From: Eledone cirrhosa
Taxonomy: Eukaryota
Assembly: GCA_964016885.1 (NCBI GenBank)
Contig: OZ024740.1
Span: 392,026,001 to 392,090,000, forward strand
Reading direction: 5' to 3'
Length of the DNA stretch: 64,000 nt
Both the position numbers and the translations under genes were made by a program. Under the pieces are notes generated by a model that saw only the letters and a program-made list of their open reading frames with translations, was not told the DNA's origin and did no database searches. Shown here in pieces: positions 1 to 14,673 of the stretch. Within the stretch, counting starts at the first letter, position 1, and every line of letters begins with the position of its first letter.

Positions 1-146
1 AGCTTTCACCGTACTTTTGACTAAAGAAATTTTTAGCCTGATAGTGGGGTTTAGAACCCTCAGAGAAATGGAAAAATAGTATTGAAATGAGTATTGGCGT
101 ACATGTATATATAGAAGTGGTTACACAACAGTTAGTTCACCATACC

Positions 147-182
147 GAGAACAATTGTTTCACCTTAGCGGATCTTCAGCTC
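147..182 (-). ncRNA. Minimal type-I hammerhead ribozyme
   Basis: Minus strand reads GAG CTGAAGA TCC gctaa GGT GAAAC AATT GTT CTC: canonical core, stem I GAG/CTC, palindromic loop III. Confidence 0.75.
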
Positions 183-338
183 ATAATGGACATGGTTATA
201 CTGAACAGGAAGGACAACCGTACGAACGCGCATGCGCAGAAACGATCACTTTACAGGCAATACTAAAATGCGTGATAACTGCGAAAGTGGGAGGGTGGTA
301 TGAGTCTTGTGAATGTAATTGAGTTTTTCGTTTAGCTT

Positions 339-572
339 ATGGAATGGCGCCTCAAGGACTCAAGTATAGACTACTCCATTCAATGGAAAGCTATCACTAA
401 GTCCAAGCCATACGCAAGGGAAAATCCGTCGTGTGGACTATGTATTGATGAACGAATAAATATTCTAAAGAGATTATGCAATAGCGATTGCCTAAACACG
501 AGAAATGAATTCTTCACACATTGTCCACACGTCTCGAAACACCTCTTACGTAACTACAAAGGTCCGGATTGA
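339..572 (+). pseudogene. C-terminal fragment of PLE GIY-YIG endonuclease (Hydra-type tail)
   Basis: W.LKD...YSIQWK...KPY...CGLCIDE...LNTRNE...CPH matches the tails of the PLE ORFs at 6067, 9124, 24907 and 46380. Confidence 0.8.
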
Positions 573-737
573 ATAACAACATCCTAATTTTTCTATCAAC
601 TGGAAACTTTTCGGACTTTCGCAGTTATCTCCCTTACACCTTTCGCACGCATTTTAGTATTGCCTGTGAAGTGATCGTTTCTGCGCATGCGCGTTCGTAC
701 GGTTGTCCTTCCTGTTCCGTATAACCATGTCCATTAC

Positions 738-773
738 GAGCTGAAGATCCGCTAAGGTGAAACTATTGTTCCA
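738..773 (+). ncRNA. Hammerhead ribozyme, mirror copy with decayed stem I
   Basis: GAG CTGAAGA TCC gctaa GGT GAAAC TATT GTT CCA. Confidence 0.6.
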
Positions 774-920
774 GGTATGGTGAACTAACTGTTGTGTAAC
801 CACTTCCACATAACACGTCCCATGGACTGAGTGCTCTACCACTACGGATATTACCTTCCAGTGTACTACCACTATATATATATATGTGAGAAAAACCACA
901 GACCCTCCATCTCAACTCTA

Positions 921-956
921 CTTTTGAAAAGCAGAAGAACAGCGAAACCGGTAAAG
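921..956 (+). ncRNA. Hammerhead ribozyme, U3-A8 core variant
   Basis: CTT TTGAAAA GC agaagaaca GC GAAAC CG GTA AAG, with stem I CTT/AAG. Confidence 0.6.
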
Positions 957-1092
957 GAACCAAATAAATATATATATTTTTTAAAAAAATAAGACTCCAG
1001 TTGCATTTTCGATTTCATCTCTTTTTCTTTATACTTTCACTCGTGTAGGACACCTCGGTTATTTTTCAATTTGTAAAAAAAAACTCACTTTC

Positions 1093-1453
<361 letters not shown>

Positions 1454-1454
1454 C

Positions 1455-2056
1455 AAGTCACCAGTTGGTGCTACTGGTAACATGTATCCCAGTACAACCT
1501 GTCTCATGGTCGGGTCGTTGGCGACTAAACTGGCAACCCCGCCAAGGTTTCTTGGTGAGGAGGGTGGCTTTGGACATCCTGCGGTACTAAAAACAAAACC
1601 TGTCAAAGGGCAAAGGAGCTCTTCTAGTCAATGGCCATCCAAAATCACCGGGAGAGATGACCCCTTAGCCTTTGTCAAGACAGAATTCTAGGAGAAGGAA
1701 AACTCTGATATATCACCTACAACTCTGATGGTATCCATTGATGTTGACTTGTTCTTCTTTTTGGTAAATATCATCTTGGTTAAGAGAGTGGGACTGGCTT
1801 TGTGCAGTGCCTTTGCTCACTATAAAAGCTTCACGGCACAGGCATTGCTTTATATCTGGAGATCTCTCTGCACTTGTCGTCACATGGTAGCATGGGCCCA
1901 GAACTATGTGTCAATAATTGTCACAAGTGTAGTGTTTGTACCAGAGTTTTCAAGTCACTGGCTGGACGAAAATGTATCATTCGTTCAGCCCATCGGTAGG
2001 AGTTCTCCTACATGGATATAAAGTAGTGGCCGTACTCGAAAACGAGTTGGCAGCCA

Positions 2057-2058
<2 letters not shown>
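1455..2058 (+). mobile_element. TA-flanked GC-richer repeat resembling an RTE-type LINE 5' UTR or non-autonomous derivative
   Basis: Contains ggagaaggaaaactctga, a motif I recall from RTE 5' UTRs. No credible ORF, and TA tracts bound both sides. Confidence 0.35.
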
Positions 2059-2093
<35 letters not shown>

Positions 2094-2096
2094 CGC

Positions 2097-2146
<50 letters not shown>

Positions 2147-2261
2147 ACAGGGAGAAAGACACGATTATGAGGAAGAAAAAGATTTTTTTTTCCTTTTTTG
2201 TTTCTCTCGCTTTTTTCTGGGTTAGAAAATGATTAAAACGAAATGTTTTACTTTGTGTGAA

Positions 2262-3351
<1,090 letters not shown>

Positions 3352-3391
3352 GGAGGAGGTTATAGTTCACTTGAAGCATTGTGTAATGAGG

Positions 3392-3848
3392 TATAAACGT
3401 TTGAATATGTGTAATAAGGCCAAAACAATGCAGGTATGGACATAGAAAAAAAATGCAATAGTAAAAGATATTGTTGAGAATTCGTCTTTCACCTTGAATT
3501 TATTTAAATGTCCTTAATTTTCGAGATAATATCTCTTCTTCGGAGGGAAATAAAGGTCTCAAACCAGCGTCTTAAATCTCTAGCCAAGCCATGCTAATTC
3601 TTTGATATTAGAGTTAGAACAGATACTCTATACTATTTCCGGTCAGCATGGCTTGGCTAGAGATTTAAGACGCTGGTTTGAGACCTTTATTTCCCTCCGA
3701 AGAAGAGATATTATCTCGAAAATGAAGGACATTTAAATAAATTCAAGGTGAAAGACGAATTCTCAACAATATCTTTTACTATTGCATTCTTTTTTCTATG
3801 TCCATACCTGCATTGTTTTGGCCTTATTACACATATTCAAACGTTTAT
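3392..3848. repeat. Long inverted repeat (~203-bp arms, ~50-bp spacer) with an HHR-like motif in each arm
   Basis: 3392-3594 is the reverse complement of 3645-3848. Motif CCT CCGAAGA A GAGAT att ATCTC GAAA AT TA AGG at 3512-3546(-), with its mirror at 3694-3728(+). Confidence 0.9.
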
Positions 3849-4420
<572 letters not shown>

Positions 4421-5039
4421 TTATAAAAAAAACACAGAGATATACATACATACAAACACACACAGTTTCACTACCAGCATTTGTTCTGTCAGTCATCACA
4501 GAAATGTATGAATACTCACACTCATATACACACTCATATGCAAAATGTGAGGCTGTCGTGATATAAAATGTCCGTTTCTTATAGTTGACTACAGAAAGAT
4601 TATTTTCATTAAAATGTTATATTGTTTTAATCCAAATGAAAATAAAAATTACATGTTAATCCCAGGATCTAATACTATTACTTTTTAAAATTTGAATTGA
4701 TTTAGTAGAGGCGTTTGAGAATGCATAGAGAAAATACAGACAGACAGAGAGATAAAGAATTTTATATAGAGAGAGATATAATATAATTTATGTTCATACA
4801 CGGAGCAAAAGCGCTACCCAAGGTTTCATACTCTAAATTAACCATACCTCCAGAAGACAAGAAGCATCAAAATAGTGACCTTTCTACAGACGCTAATACG
4901 AGTTTATAAGATACCGTTAAAAGATATTTTGCTAAGAACGTATGTTTACGAAAGATGCGCGCGTGTGTGTGTATTCTTGTATTGATTTTAATCATTAAAC
5001 AGCGGTCATCGTAGGACACCACCTCATATATATATATTC

Positions 5040-5102
<63 letters not shown>

Positions 5103-5390
5103 TTCAAGAGTAACCAATCTTAAAGAGAGAGATGGAGATAGTAGAGGAGATATGAGAGGAGAGTTAGTTAGAAGCCAAAGCGTAAAGGCATGTGCTCAAT
5201 GTGCAATATGCAGTAGAAAGCAGCTAGGTGGCTGGGTTCATGCAGAAGTTAGGTGCGCAGAGCTGGAAATATTCATTAGTTAAGCAAAACAAGACCACAA
5301 ACTTCACAAGGAAGAGATTATTAAAAGATTGTCAACATATTTTAGTTTGATGTAAGGAATGTAGAGAATAATAATAATAATATTAATAAT

Positions 5391-5578
5391 AATTGTTTCT
5401 ACTTTAGGCACAAGGCCAGCAATTACCCAGTGCATTACTGGTACTTTATTTTATCGACCCCGTAAGGATGAAAGGCAAAGTCATCCTCGGCGGGATTTGA
5501 ACTCAGGTCGTAAAGTGACGTAACTATGCTGCAAAGCATGGCCTCCGACTCTTTACCGATACTGCCAATCCACCGCCA
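5391..5578 (-). mobile_element. tRNA-derived SINE with Nin/Deu-like central domain
   Basis: A box TGGCAGTATCGG, B box GAGTTCAAATCC, central GCCTTTCATCCTTACGGGGTCGATAAAATAAAGTACCAG and an (ATT)n tail. Six copies occur in the window. Confidence 0.85.
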
Positions 5579-5602
5579 ATAATATTAATAATAATAATGT
5601 CC

Positions 5603-5722
5603 GTTTACAATTGTTTCGCTACTCCATATAATATTTCTGGATCAGATGACTATATATCATAATTGATCTGGTTCAGTTGAAAATAATTAACATATTTAAA
5701 AAACAGAGTGGCTCATCGGAAC
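5603..5722 (-). ncRNA. Hammerhead ribozyme with long stem-II insertion in PLE 3' UTR
   Basis: Minus strand reads GTT CCGATGA GCCAC ...~85 nt... GTAGC GAAAC AATT GTA AAC. Confidence 0.6.
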
Positions 5723-6066
5723 TCAAAGGAATATAAATTAAAATAATGGGATAATGTTACATAATATAATGTTCCATATATTGGTTTTTACTATGGTGTC
5801 TTGGTTGCATCAGCTGTCAGCCATAATCAAGCAGTATTCATCTGTCGAGGCTGCATTGTGTGAGATCTGCCTATAGGTAACAAGATGGCTGCCAAAGAGC
5901 ATATTTACCTTACTAATTAGAGGGTGGTTTCAGGGGAAGTAACTTCTCGAGAGATTAGAGATTGTGAGTATTTATAGTTAAGTGCTAGTTTTTAAATTTT
6001 TGAATTGAGAGACAATGTAGGAGAGGTAACTTATAATTATCGAGTTGTTCATAGCAATTTAACTTA

Positions 6067-7350
6067 TTAGCTGCAAGTAGAAATGGGGCTACATGAACAA
6101 GTTGAGTCAAAAATTCTATTGGCGAAGGAATTAGCCCTTCGATGTTGACAACTAATGGTTACCTCCGTGCTATCGTTAATCGGTAGAGGTCGTGATAGAG
6201 TTATGTAATATTCTTCCGTAACACAGAGATCACAAGATTTTCTTCGTCCATTGAACGGTTGGGCCCTAGCCACGATATCCCATTTTAGTGAGTGTTGAAC
6301 GTTATTTAATTTAAGGTTTTTAATGAGCCTAGCTAGCGATGTCGAACATCTGTTGCTAGGCTCTTGGAAGGAAAAAGAGTGCGCGTTATAGCGTACCTTA
6401 AAAGGGTTAGAGGTAGACCCGATATAAGAGCTGGTATTCGAAGCAGTCTCAACCGTGCACCTATAGACTATGTTTGGTGTCAGGCAGTGTCCATTTAATG
6501 GGCATGCATTGCGGTAACAGCAGTTGCAGTTGCTTCTGCGGTTAGTGAGAGTAGGGCTGTTTAACCTAAGCGGTAGGTCCGTGCTAGAAGGATTAGATGG
6601 GGGAGGTGTGCTACTAGAGTAATTATTGGTGTAGTGGCGTGGTGTATTTGATAGGGGCGGTGGTACCGTGGTGTGGGAGTTATACTGTCTTAGCTTATGA
6701 TGGTTACTGAACACGATGTGGCTAGCTAGGTTAGGTGTTGTGGAGAATGAGATTTTAATGTTATTTTATTAAAGAGTTTGTAATATCTATGGTTGGGGGG
6801 GGGGGGGTTGGATAGGATAGAGAAGAAGCGTTTGGGGATATTAGTGGCTAGATTAGATGAGAATGGTGGGTTGAGCCAGGTGATATTTCTAGGTCTATTC
6901 CTTCTAGGGGTTCTAGTGAAGTTGGTAAGGGCCTTCCTAGGGTTATTATTACCTGGGGATTTGTTATTTGTCATCCCATTTCTCATTCCTATTCTAGGGT
7001 TGATTTTTAGTTTGCTACTTGGAGTGGGGAGCAGGCCGCTGCCACCATTAAAGTTCCCTGTATAGGTGCTGTTACTGCTAAAATTCCGGCGAATCTGGCT
7101 ATATGCTAAGGTATTTCTAGTTCTAGTGTTAAGTTTATTATGGTGAGTTGCTGTGTTATGGCATTTAGGTATGTAATAAATTGTTTGTTTATAACCAGAT
7201 TCAGAGAGAGCCTTATTATAATATTGTGCGTGGTTTGTAAATATCTCTTCATTTGCTGATAGCATTGACATCCTATAAAAGATAGATTTGATTACTGCTC
7301 TGATGACTGCCGGTAGGTGGTTAGAGTGTGGGCTAATATATGTGAGTATT
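6067..7350 (-). pseudogene. 5'-truncated, frameshifted PLE (RT thumb, linker, GIY-YIG; Hydra-type)
   Basis: YISPHSNHL..., WLNPPFS, CNCCYRNACPL (CxCx5C), IVYRC...YIGST...FKVRY..H, CDLC...CQH. It is split over two ORFs by a frameshift near 6720. Confidence 0.9.
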
Positions 7351-8572
7351 TCACCAATCATTTGGTACGGATGATGAGAAACGTGTCCCGCATGTGCAAC
7401 CCCGAAGAACTAGAGAGACACATACAACACTTCATCCACCTTATGCAGTTCTCTGGTTACAATCAGAGAGATAAAATCAGAGTGTATAGAGGAGCCAGAA
7501 CCAAATGGGAAAAAATGGTATATAATGACATAAATGGGTCCTGCTCCTTGTATAGGAGCAAATTTTGGAATAGAATAGAAAGAACTAGGAATAAGGCTAA
7601 TAGAATAAACTCATGGTATGATAGCAATAAATACCAGAGTGTAATGTTCATCGATACAACCCCTAGAGGTGAATTAGCTTACAAATTTAGAAGGGCCCTA
7701 GATAAACATAAACTCAATATTAAGATAGTAGAAAGACCAGGTACCTCCATAAAAACACTTATTAGCAAGACATACCCTTTTCAAAGACCTCCCTGTATAG
7801 ATAAGACATGTATAATCTGTAAATTAAGCCCCCATATTAACTGTAAAACTAGAAATGTAGTATATAACATAAGATGTACTGAAGGACAATGTAGAGATAA
7901 AAATATAGTGTACATAGGTGGGACAGCTCGTAGTATAGGGGAACGGATAAATGAACACTGGCGAGACCTTCAAGATAGTAAAGAATCATATGTACTCTAC
8001 CAACATGCTAAAATAGAACATAAGGGTAAATTAGAGAACATAGAAATAAAAATAGAATCTACACACAGAAAAGACGCAATGTTTAGACAAATCACAGAGA
8101 CAATAAACATAAATGAATTACAACCAAAATTAAATAGAAAACATGAGTGGAACAGCAACATCACAACTTACAATTAAGGACAAAATGAAAACACACACAC
8201 ACATAGAACAAACAACCAACCAGTAACATGTAAATAAACAAATAAATAAACGAATATAAACACACACAGACACCCGGATGTAACACATGCGCAAACTAAG
8301 CACACAACTCACACACAAAAACAAGATGGCGTAGGACTGAACAAAGGAGAGGCACAAAAAAAAGAAAAGAACCCCCAATCACTGAAGAGGTCACAGAATG
8401 TGTGACGAAAGAACTTTGACAATATATAAACAACCATCTGGTTGTGGAACTAACCAACCAACCGGAAATTTATAAATTCCTAAATTTATAAATTTATTAT
8501 AATAAATTGAAGTGAAACAACTGGTGCGTGTGTTTCTTATTGGCAACATGACCCTCCCAAAGTATAACAATA
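7351..8572 (+). mobile_element. 5'-truncated PLE, Naiad-like (ORF to 8177, 3' UTR with HHR, ends in TA)
   Basis: MQFSGY, LYRSKFWNRIER, MFIDTTPRGEL, C..C..C, NVVYNIRC...YIGGTARS..ERINEH, RQITE, LNRKHEWN. The clade assignment rests on recalled motifs. Confidence 0.85.
8379..8419 (+). ncRNA. Minimal hammerhead ribozyme
   Basis: TCA CTGAAGA G GTCACA gaatg TGTGAC GAAA GAAC TT TGA. Confidence 0.75.
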
Positions 8573-8592
8573 TATATATATATATATATATA

Positions 8593-10262
8593 TAATTAGT
8601 AAATTTGTATTCCAATGTTACTAAGTAGTTGCATTGAATGGAGTCAACCGACGTCGGAGATTGCTCAACGTATAATAAAGTGTGTTTTAAAATCCGGAGA
8701 AAATATGGAGAAGTTTATGAAACGGAAACGCGGGTATAAAGAATTTATTAGGTAACAATTGTTTCTATAGTGTATGGGTTACCTATACCTCGCTATTTGA
8801 ATAATATAAAAATATTATCATAAACCGAAGGTACACTGCAAGCAAACACACCATGTCGTCAGACCTTTGTATTGGAATGATATGAAAATATTTTATACAC
8901 TAGATAAAAGAGAAAGAAGGAGGTAGGAAGAGAAGGGGAAGAGGGAAGTGAGTAAGGGGGAGGGAGTCCTAAGATTTAAGACTGTCAGACTAGTAGAGAT
9001 TGTAAGGAGAGAATGTTTTGGCAGCAGTTAGCTTAATGAGGCGTGTTAGGGTTGGCCGGGGAAGTAAATTCTTCTAGTGGTGTTGTTCGGACAAAATTTA
9101 GTTAAAGGGGTCAATTTTGCTGTTCAAAGTTTGTTTACCGACGTTAAAATGCAGTATATCTCCAAATTGCATAATTTGCAGAATTGATGATTTTGCTTAT
9201 ATGAAGGCGCAGCTGCAATAATTTGCCAATCAAGGGAGAATGCTTGATTGTTCCTCCGGAGCTGCCAGGCTTTATCGGCGAGGGTTGTTACGGAGCGCAT
9301 TTTCTGGTGCTTGATCGAAGATCGATGTTGGTATAGGCGAGCTTTGAAAGAAGTTGCGGTACATCCGACGTAATACCATTTGTTGCTTCCGGAATTTATT
9401 GTACATCGGTAGACAATATTGCGTGCTAGACACTGGTTATTCAGTGGGCACGTACCTGGTTTGGTGCAGTTACAATTATTTTTATGTTTTGCAGTAGAAT
9501 CCTGGATAGTTTGGTGGGGTTGTAGTTGCGTGTTAGTGCGTTGTATGTTGCTATGCTGGTGCGCTGAGTCATTAGGGATGTACTTATTTAGTATTGCTGA
9601 GTTGAGTTTTTTAATTAGTTGCTCTATGTTAGGTGCAGTGGAGTATGAGAGTCTAATGGTGCGTGAGTTAAAAATTTTATAGTATTTATGTGAAGTTGTA
9701 AAGTGTTTATTGATTAGTGTATAGAATTGTGAGATAATCTTAGTGCTAATAGAAATATTGTACACGGGGTTATACCATATGTACTCTCTACGTCTGACTC
9801 TATTTGCTGGTTTGCACCTATTAGTATGCCTATTGATGTGTGTGTGTGGTGCAATACTAGTTCGACTTAGATGTGTGTTATTCATAGTACTTATGTGGTT
9901 ATCGTCTAGATATTCTATTTTCTCGCAGTAACCAGCTTTTCTAAGTGCGTCATTATAATATTCAGCATGCTCGTTGAAGGTCTGCAAATTAGACGACAGT
10001 CGGGAGATCCTTATGGATATATTTTTAGGGATAGATTTAATAATGGAATGGGGATGGTTCGATTTTACATTAACGTACTTGAGATTTTCATTAAGTTTGT
10101 GAAATGGCTCTATATTACCGTTATTATGGTTGAAGGTGACATCCAAGAAGTTGACCACCTTAAGATTGTGTTCGAAGGTAATATTAAGCCCTAGTTCTAA
10201 GAAAAGTTTCCTAATGTTTTTACGTCGCCTTTCTAGGTTTTGTTTGTTCATATTCTTGACGT
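8593..10262 (-). mobile_element. 5'-truncated Hydra-type PLE (ORF 9124-10251 plus 3' UTR ending at TA)
   Basis: VNFLDVTFN, YVNVKSNHP, WYNPVY, CNCTKPGTCPL, IVYRC...YVGCT...FKARL..H, CKLC. It is near-identical to 40836-42203. Confidence 0.92.
8750..8866 (-). ncRNA. Hammerhead ribozyme, 4-bp stem I, long stem II
   Basis: Minus strand reads AGGT CTGACGA catggtgt...acactata GAAAC AATT GTT ACCT. Confidence 0.75.
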
Positions 10263-10493
10263 AAATAAGAAAGTTATGAAAATTGACTTACTTACTAAAA
10301 TTTCACTCAAACTAATTAGTTTCTGTAAGGGGATAAATATGGTTACGGAGCGTTTCCATAGAGAAGCCTTACGTCATCAGGGAGTCTATTCTCAGCTAAG
10401 CTTCCAGGCAATGCGGGGACACTGGGAACTTATATAAAAATAATTCAGTGATATATATATATGTATATATATATGTATATATATATGTATATA

Positions 10494-10544
<51 letters not shown>

Positions 10545-10662
10545 GTATATATATATATGTATATATATATGTATATATATATATATGTATATATATATGT
10601 ATATATATATATGTATATATATATGCATATATATATATATGTATATATATATGTATATATAT

Positions 10663-12448
10663 AGACACAACATTCTATCATGAAATACCGTCAAATATAG
10701 ACCACAACATCATGAAGAAGATCAACAACCTGGCTTCAAAATACCACAACTCATTTACTGATAAGGAAAGAGACTACATCACCAATTTTGAGCCGAAACC
10801 CAGCAACCTGTATGGCCTACCGAAAGTTCACAAGTCAAAAGAAATACAACTGGCAGTAAGAGAACAAAACAGTGAGTACATTAAATTATTACACCCAAAA
10901 GACTTAAAACTTAGACCTATTATAGCTGGTCCAACATGCCCCACTCACCGTCTAAGCAATTTTGTTGACATTATTTTGAAACCACTATGTATTCACATAC
11001 CCAGTTTCATCCGGGATGATATCGACTTCCTGTCCCATCTTCCCAAAACCACGGAAACGAATTCACTTCTACTCAGTTTTGATGTGGTAAGCCTCTACAA
11101 TATTACACATGATTTAGGAATAAAGGCGGTTAAATACTGGGTGGAAAAACATAGAGAAGTGATTCCCATTAGATTCACAGCGCCATTTATATTAGACGCA
11201 GTTAAACTTATTCTGGAAAACAACACTTTCTTCTTCAATGGAAAGAATTACATCCAAATTAGAGGCACAGCGATGGGAACGAAGTTTGCTCCCGTTTACG
11301 CGAACTCTGTAATGGGATACTTAGAACAACAACTCTACCAAGAAATAGAGGAAAAATATAGTACTGACTTTAGAAAGTACATTGAAAAATCTTGGAAGAG
11401 ATACCTTGACGACTGTTTCATCATCTGGACAGAATCTCTAGATACTCTGGATGAGTTCAATATCCTCCTGAATAACCTACACCCATCTCTCCAATTCACA
11501 AAAGAGATGAGTAGGACCAAATTACCATTCCTAGATATAATGATAATCAAAAACGACACCACCATTACCACGGATATATATTATAAACACACAGACACCC
11601 ATCAATATCTGAATTTTAAGTCGTGCCATCCACCTCATACAAAACGCAACATCCCATACTGCCTAGCCAGAAGAATTTGTACCATTGTAGAAGATACGAA
11701 TACCAGGTACAAACGCCTAACAGAACTAAGAGAATTTTTGCTCAAACAAAAATACCCATCTCTACTTATAGAAAATGGCATACAGCGGGCTATAAAAATA
11801 CCTATACAACAACTTAGAACAACCCAAGGAAGAAGAAACCAAGAACTGGTCATACCATTTATAATGACACACAACCCATGTCACCAGAATATATTCAACA
11901 CTGCCAAAGCAAACCTACCGATCATTGCTCAAAGTAATGAATTAAAAGGCTTAATCACAGATCGATCTTTGACTCTTAGTAAAAGACAGCCAAAAAATTT
12001 GAAGCAATTGCTAACAAAAGCAAAGTTTGACCTTAACAACAAAGACCAATCATTCACTGTATCTAAATGCAATGATAATCGATGCGGCACATGTCAATCC
12101 ATACACGCCGGTCAATATATGAAAACAAAAACTGGAAAAATATTCCCAAATGCAAATATGAACTGCAAAAGCAGAAATCTAATTTACTGCATTAAATGCC
12201 CGAATTGTGAAGAACTATATGTCGGTCAAACTGGAAATGCACTATCGGAACGTGCATGGGTACACCGTCAACAAATCAGAGACCCAAATGTCCGTCAGAT
12301 ACCCCTAAGCGGCCACCTGGCAACATGTGGTCAGGGAATATTTATAATATTCCCATTCTACAAATTACACAGCCCAAGTGAAATCAAGAGAAAAATCAAA
12401 GAAAAGAATGGTATTGATAAATTCAAACCCAAGCTAAATGAACAATAA
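10663..12448 (+). CDS. 5'-truncated Neptune-like PLE ORF: RT, Cys-rich linker and GIY-YIG
   Basis: [44 protein letters not shown]...RC..C, NLIYCI.C...YVGQT. The ORF N-terminus before 10663 is only TA repeat. Confidence 0.92.
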
Positions 12449-12825
12449 TAACGCCTAGGGGTATTACTTCTACTACCACTATGACCACGACCACTAACAA
12501 CAACAACAACAACAACAACAATAATAATAATAAAAGTGATGTTGATGGTGATGATTAATAGAAAATGCTATTTTCATCATTTCAAAAAGCAAAACAATTG
12601 ATACGTTGGGTATGACTATTGGTCGTTAGCATGCTCAACCAGCCGTGACGCTTAAACCAATCAGCTGTAGTAATTCAGTGAAACTACACACTGATTGGTC
12701 GAAATACAGTTTACAGGGCGTTGCATTCTGGAGCCACTTTTCTCTGTATAAAATGTATAAAAGGTAGGAAATTTACCCATCTCATTACAGTTGAAAATTG
12801 CAAACTCGACTGTCACCACATATCA

Positions 12826-12864
12826 TGAACCTGAAAATTGCGAAAGCATGAAAGTACTTGTTCA
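12826..12864 (+). ncRNA. Hammerhead-like motif (G8A core) in PLE 3' UTR
   Basis: TGAAC CTGAAAA tTGC gaaa GCAt GAAA GTAC TT GTTCA. Confidence 0.55.
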
Positions 12865-13090
12865 ATTAACACTTAGAATTTAATATTCTATCATACTATT
12901 TCATTATAATACCATTATATATATTTTAAAGGATTGTAAATAAAACGAGTAAATCAGACAAAGTTGGAATTCCTCTTATTAATATAATCTTCTATACACA
13001 ATCATACACACCCGTGTATATTTACCTATCTATATCTATATATATATATATGTATATATATATGTAAATATATATATGTATATATATATG

Positions 13091-13127
<37 letters not shown>

Positions 13128-13158
13128 GTATATATATATATGTATATATATATATGTA

Positions 13159-13203
<45 letters not shown>

Positions 13204-13230
13204 GTATATATATATGTATATATATATATG

Positions 13231-13287
<57 letters not shown>

Positions 13288-13288
13288 G

Positions 13289-13375
<87 letters not shown>

Positions 13376-13379
<4 letters not shown>

Positions 13380-13960
13380 TAATATGTATGTGATGAAACA
13401 CAGATACCAACACATCTGTATATATATTGTGAAAGAAAAATTTAGCCAGATTGAAGTATACTAATTATTATACTACAGTTTGTCCATATCGATTTAAAAT
13501 AATAAATCAACGGAGACGAACTGTATTGGTAAAAGGCCGTGATGTTTAGACACATTTAAATTTCAAAATCAAACCTGTTCCGTAGATAAGTTTAGACTTT
13601 AAGATCCAAATATGTTTCGAGTTAAATAAGTGTAGGAATATCATGTCCCGCTCTCCTCAGTAAACATCCGGAGGCAAATTGATATGCTTCACTTCTAAAT
13701 AATTTAAAAGACTGCGTGGCGCACATGGCTTTACAGTATCTAACTAGTCTCATAACCGTACTGCTAGAAATAACAGTCGTGTATATGAGGCGGCTTTGCA
13801 GCTCAAACTAGGAGCAGATTAAAATTAATAAGGTAATGAATTCTTTTACAATGGAATCAGCTCGAATGAGGAAAAATATATCCCCCGAGCAGTGTATAAA
13901 TTAATATGTATGTGATGAAACACAGATACCAACACATCTGTATATATATTGTGAAAGAAA
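13376..13960. mobile_element. TA-embedded 522-bp unit with ~62-bp terminal direct repeat
   Basis: aaattaatatgtatgtgatgaaacacagatacc...gtgaaagaaa occurs at 13376 and 13898. A decayed HHR-like CTGAGGA GAG...CTC GAAAC lies on the minus strand at about 13610-13672. Confidence 0.6.

Positions 13961-14673
<713 letters not shown>

Larger units (their letters stand above)
114..806. mobile_element. PLE 3' remnant with inverted pseudo-LTR arms (114-289 and 616-806) around a GIY-YIG C-terminal fragment
   Basis: The arms are reverse complements of each other (gaagtggttacacaac.../...gttgtgtaaccacttc) and each carries an HHR motif. The PLE endonuclease tail ORF lies between them. Confidence 0.8.

Noticed and set aside
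38-70. CTGATAG...GGGGT/ACCCT...GAAA hairpin
   Set aside because: Core and spacing do not fit an HHR.
7351-8177. Selenocysteine recoding in the Naiad-like PLE
   Set aside because: There is no in-frame TGA in the preserved ORF.
10340-10385. Minus-strand CTGATGA CGTA...TATG GAAAC...GTA motif
   Set aside because: The core is present but stem I does not pair, so it is at most a decayed HHR.
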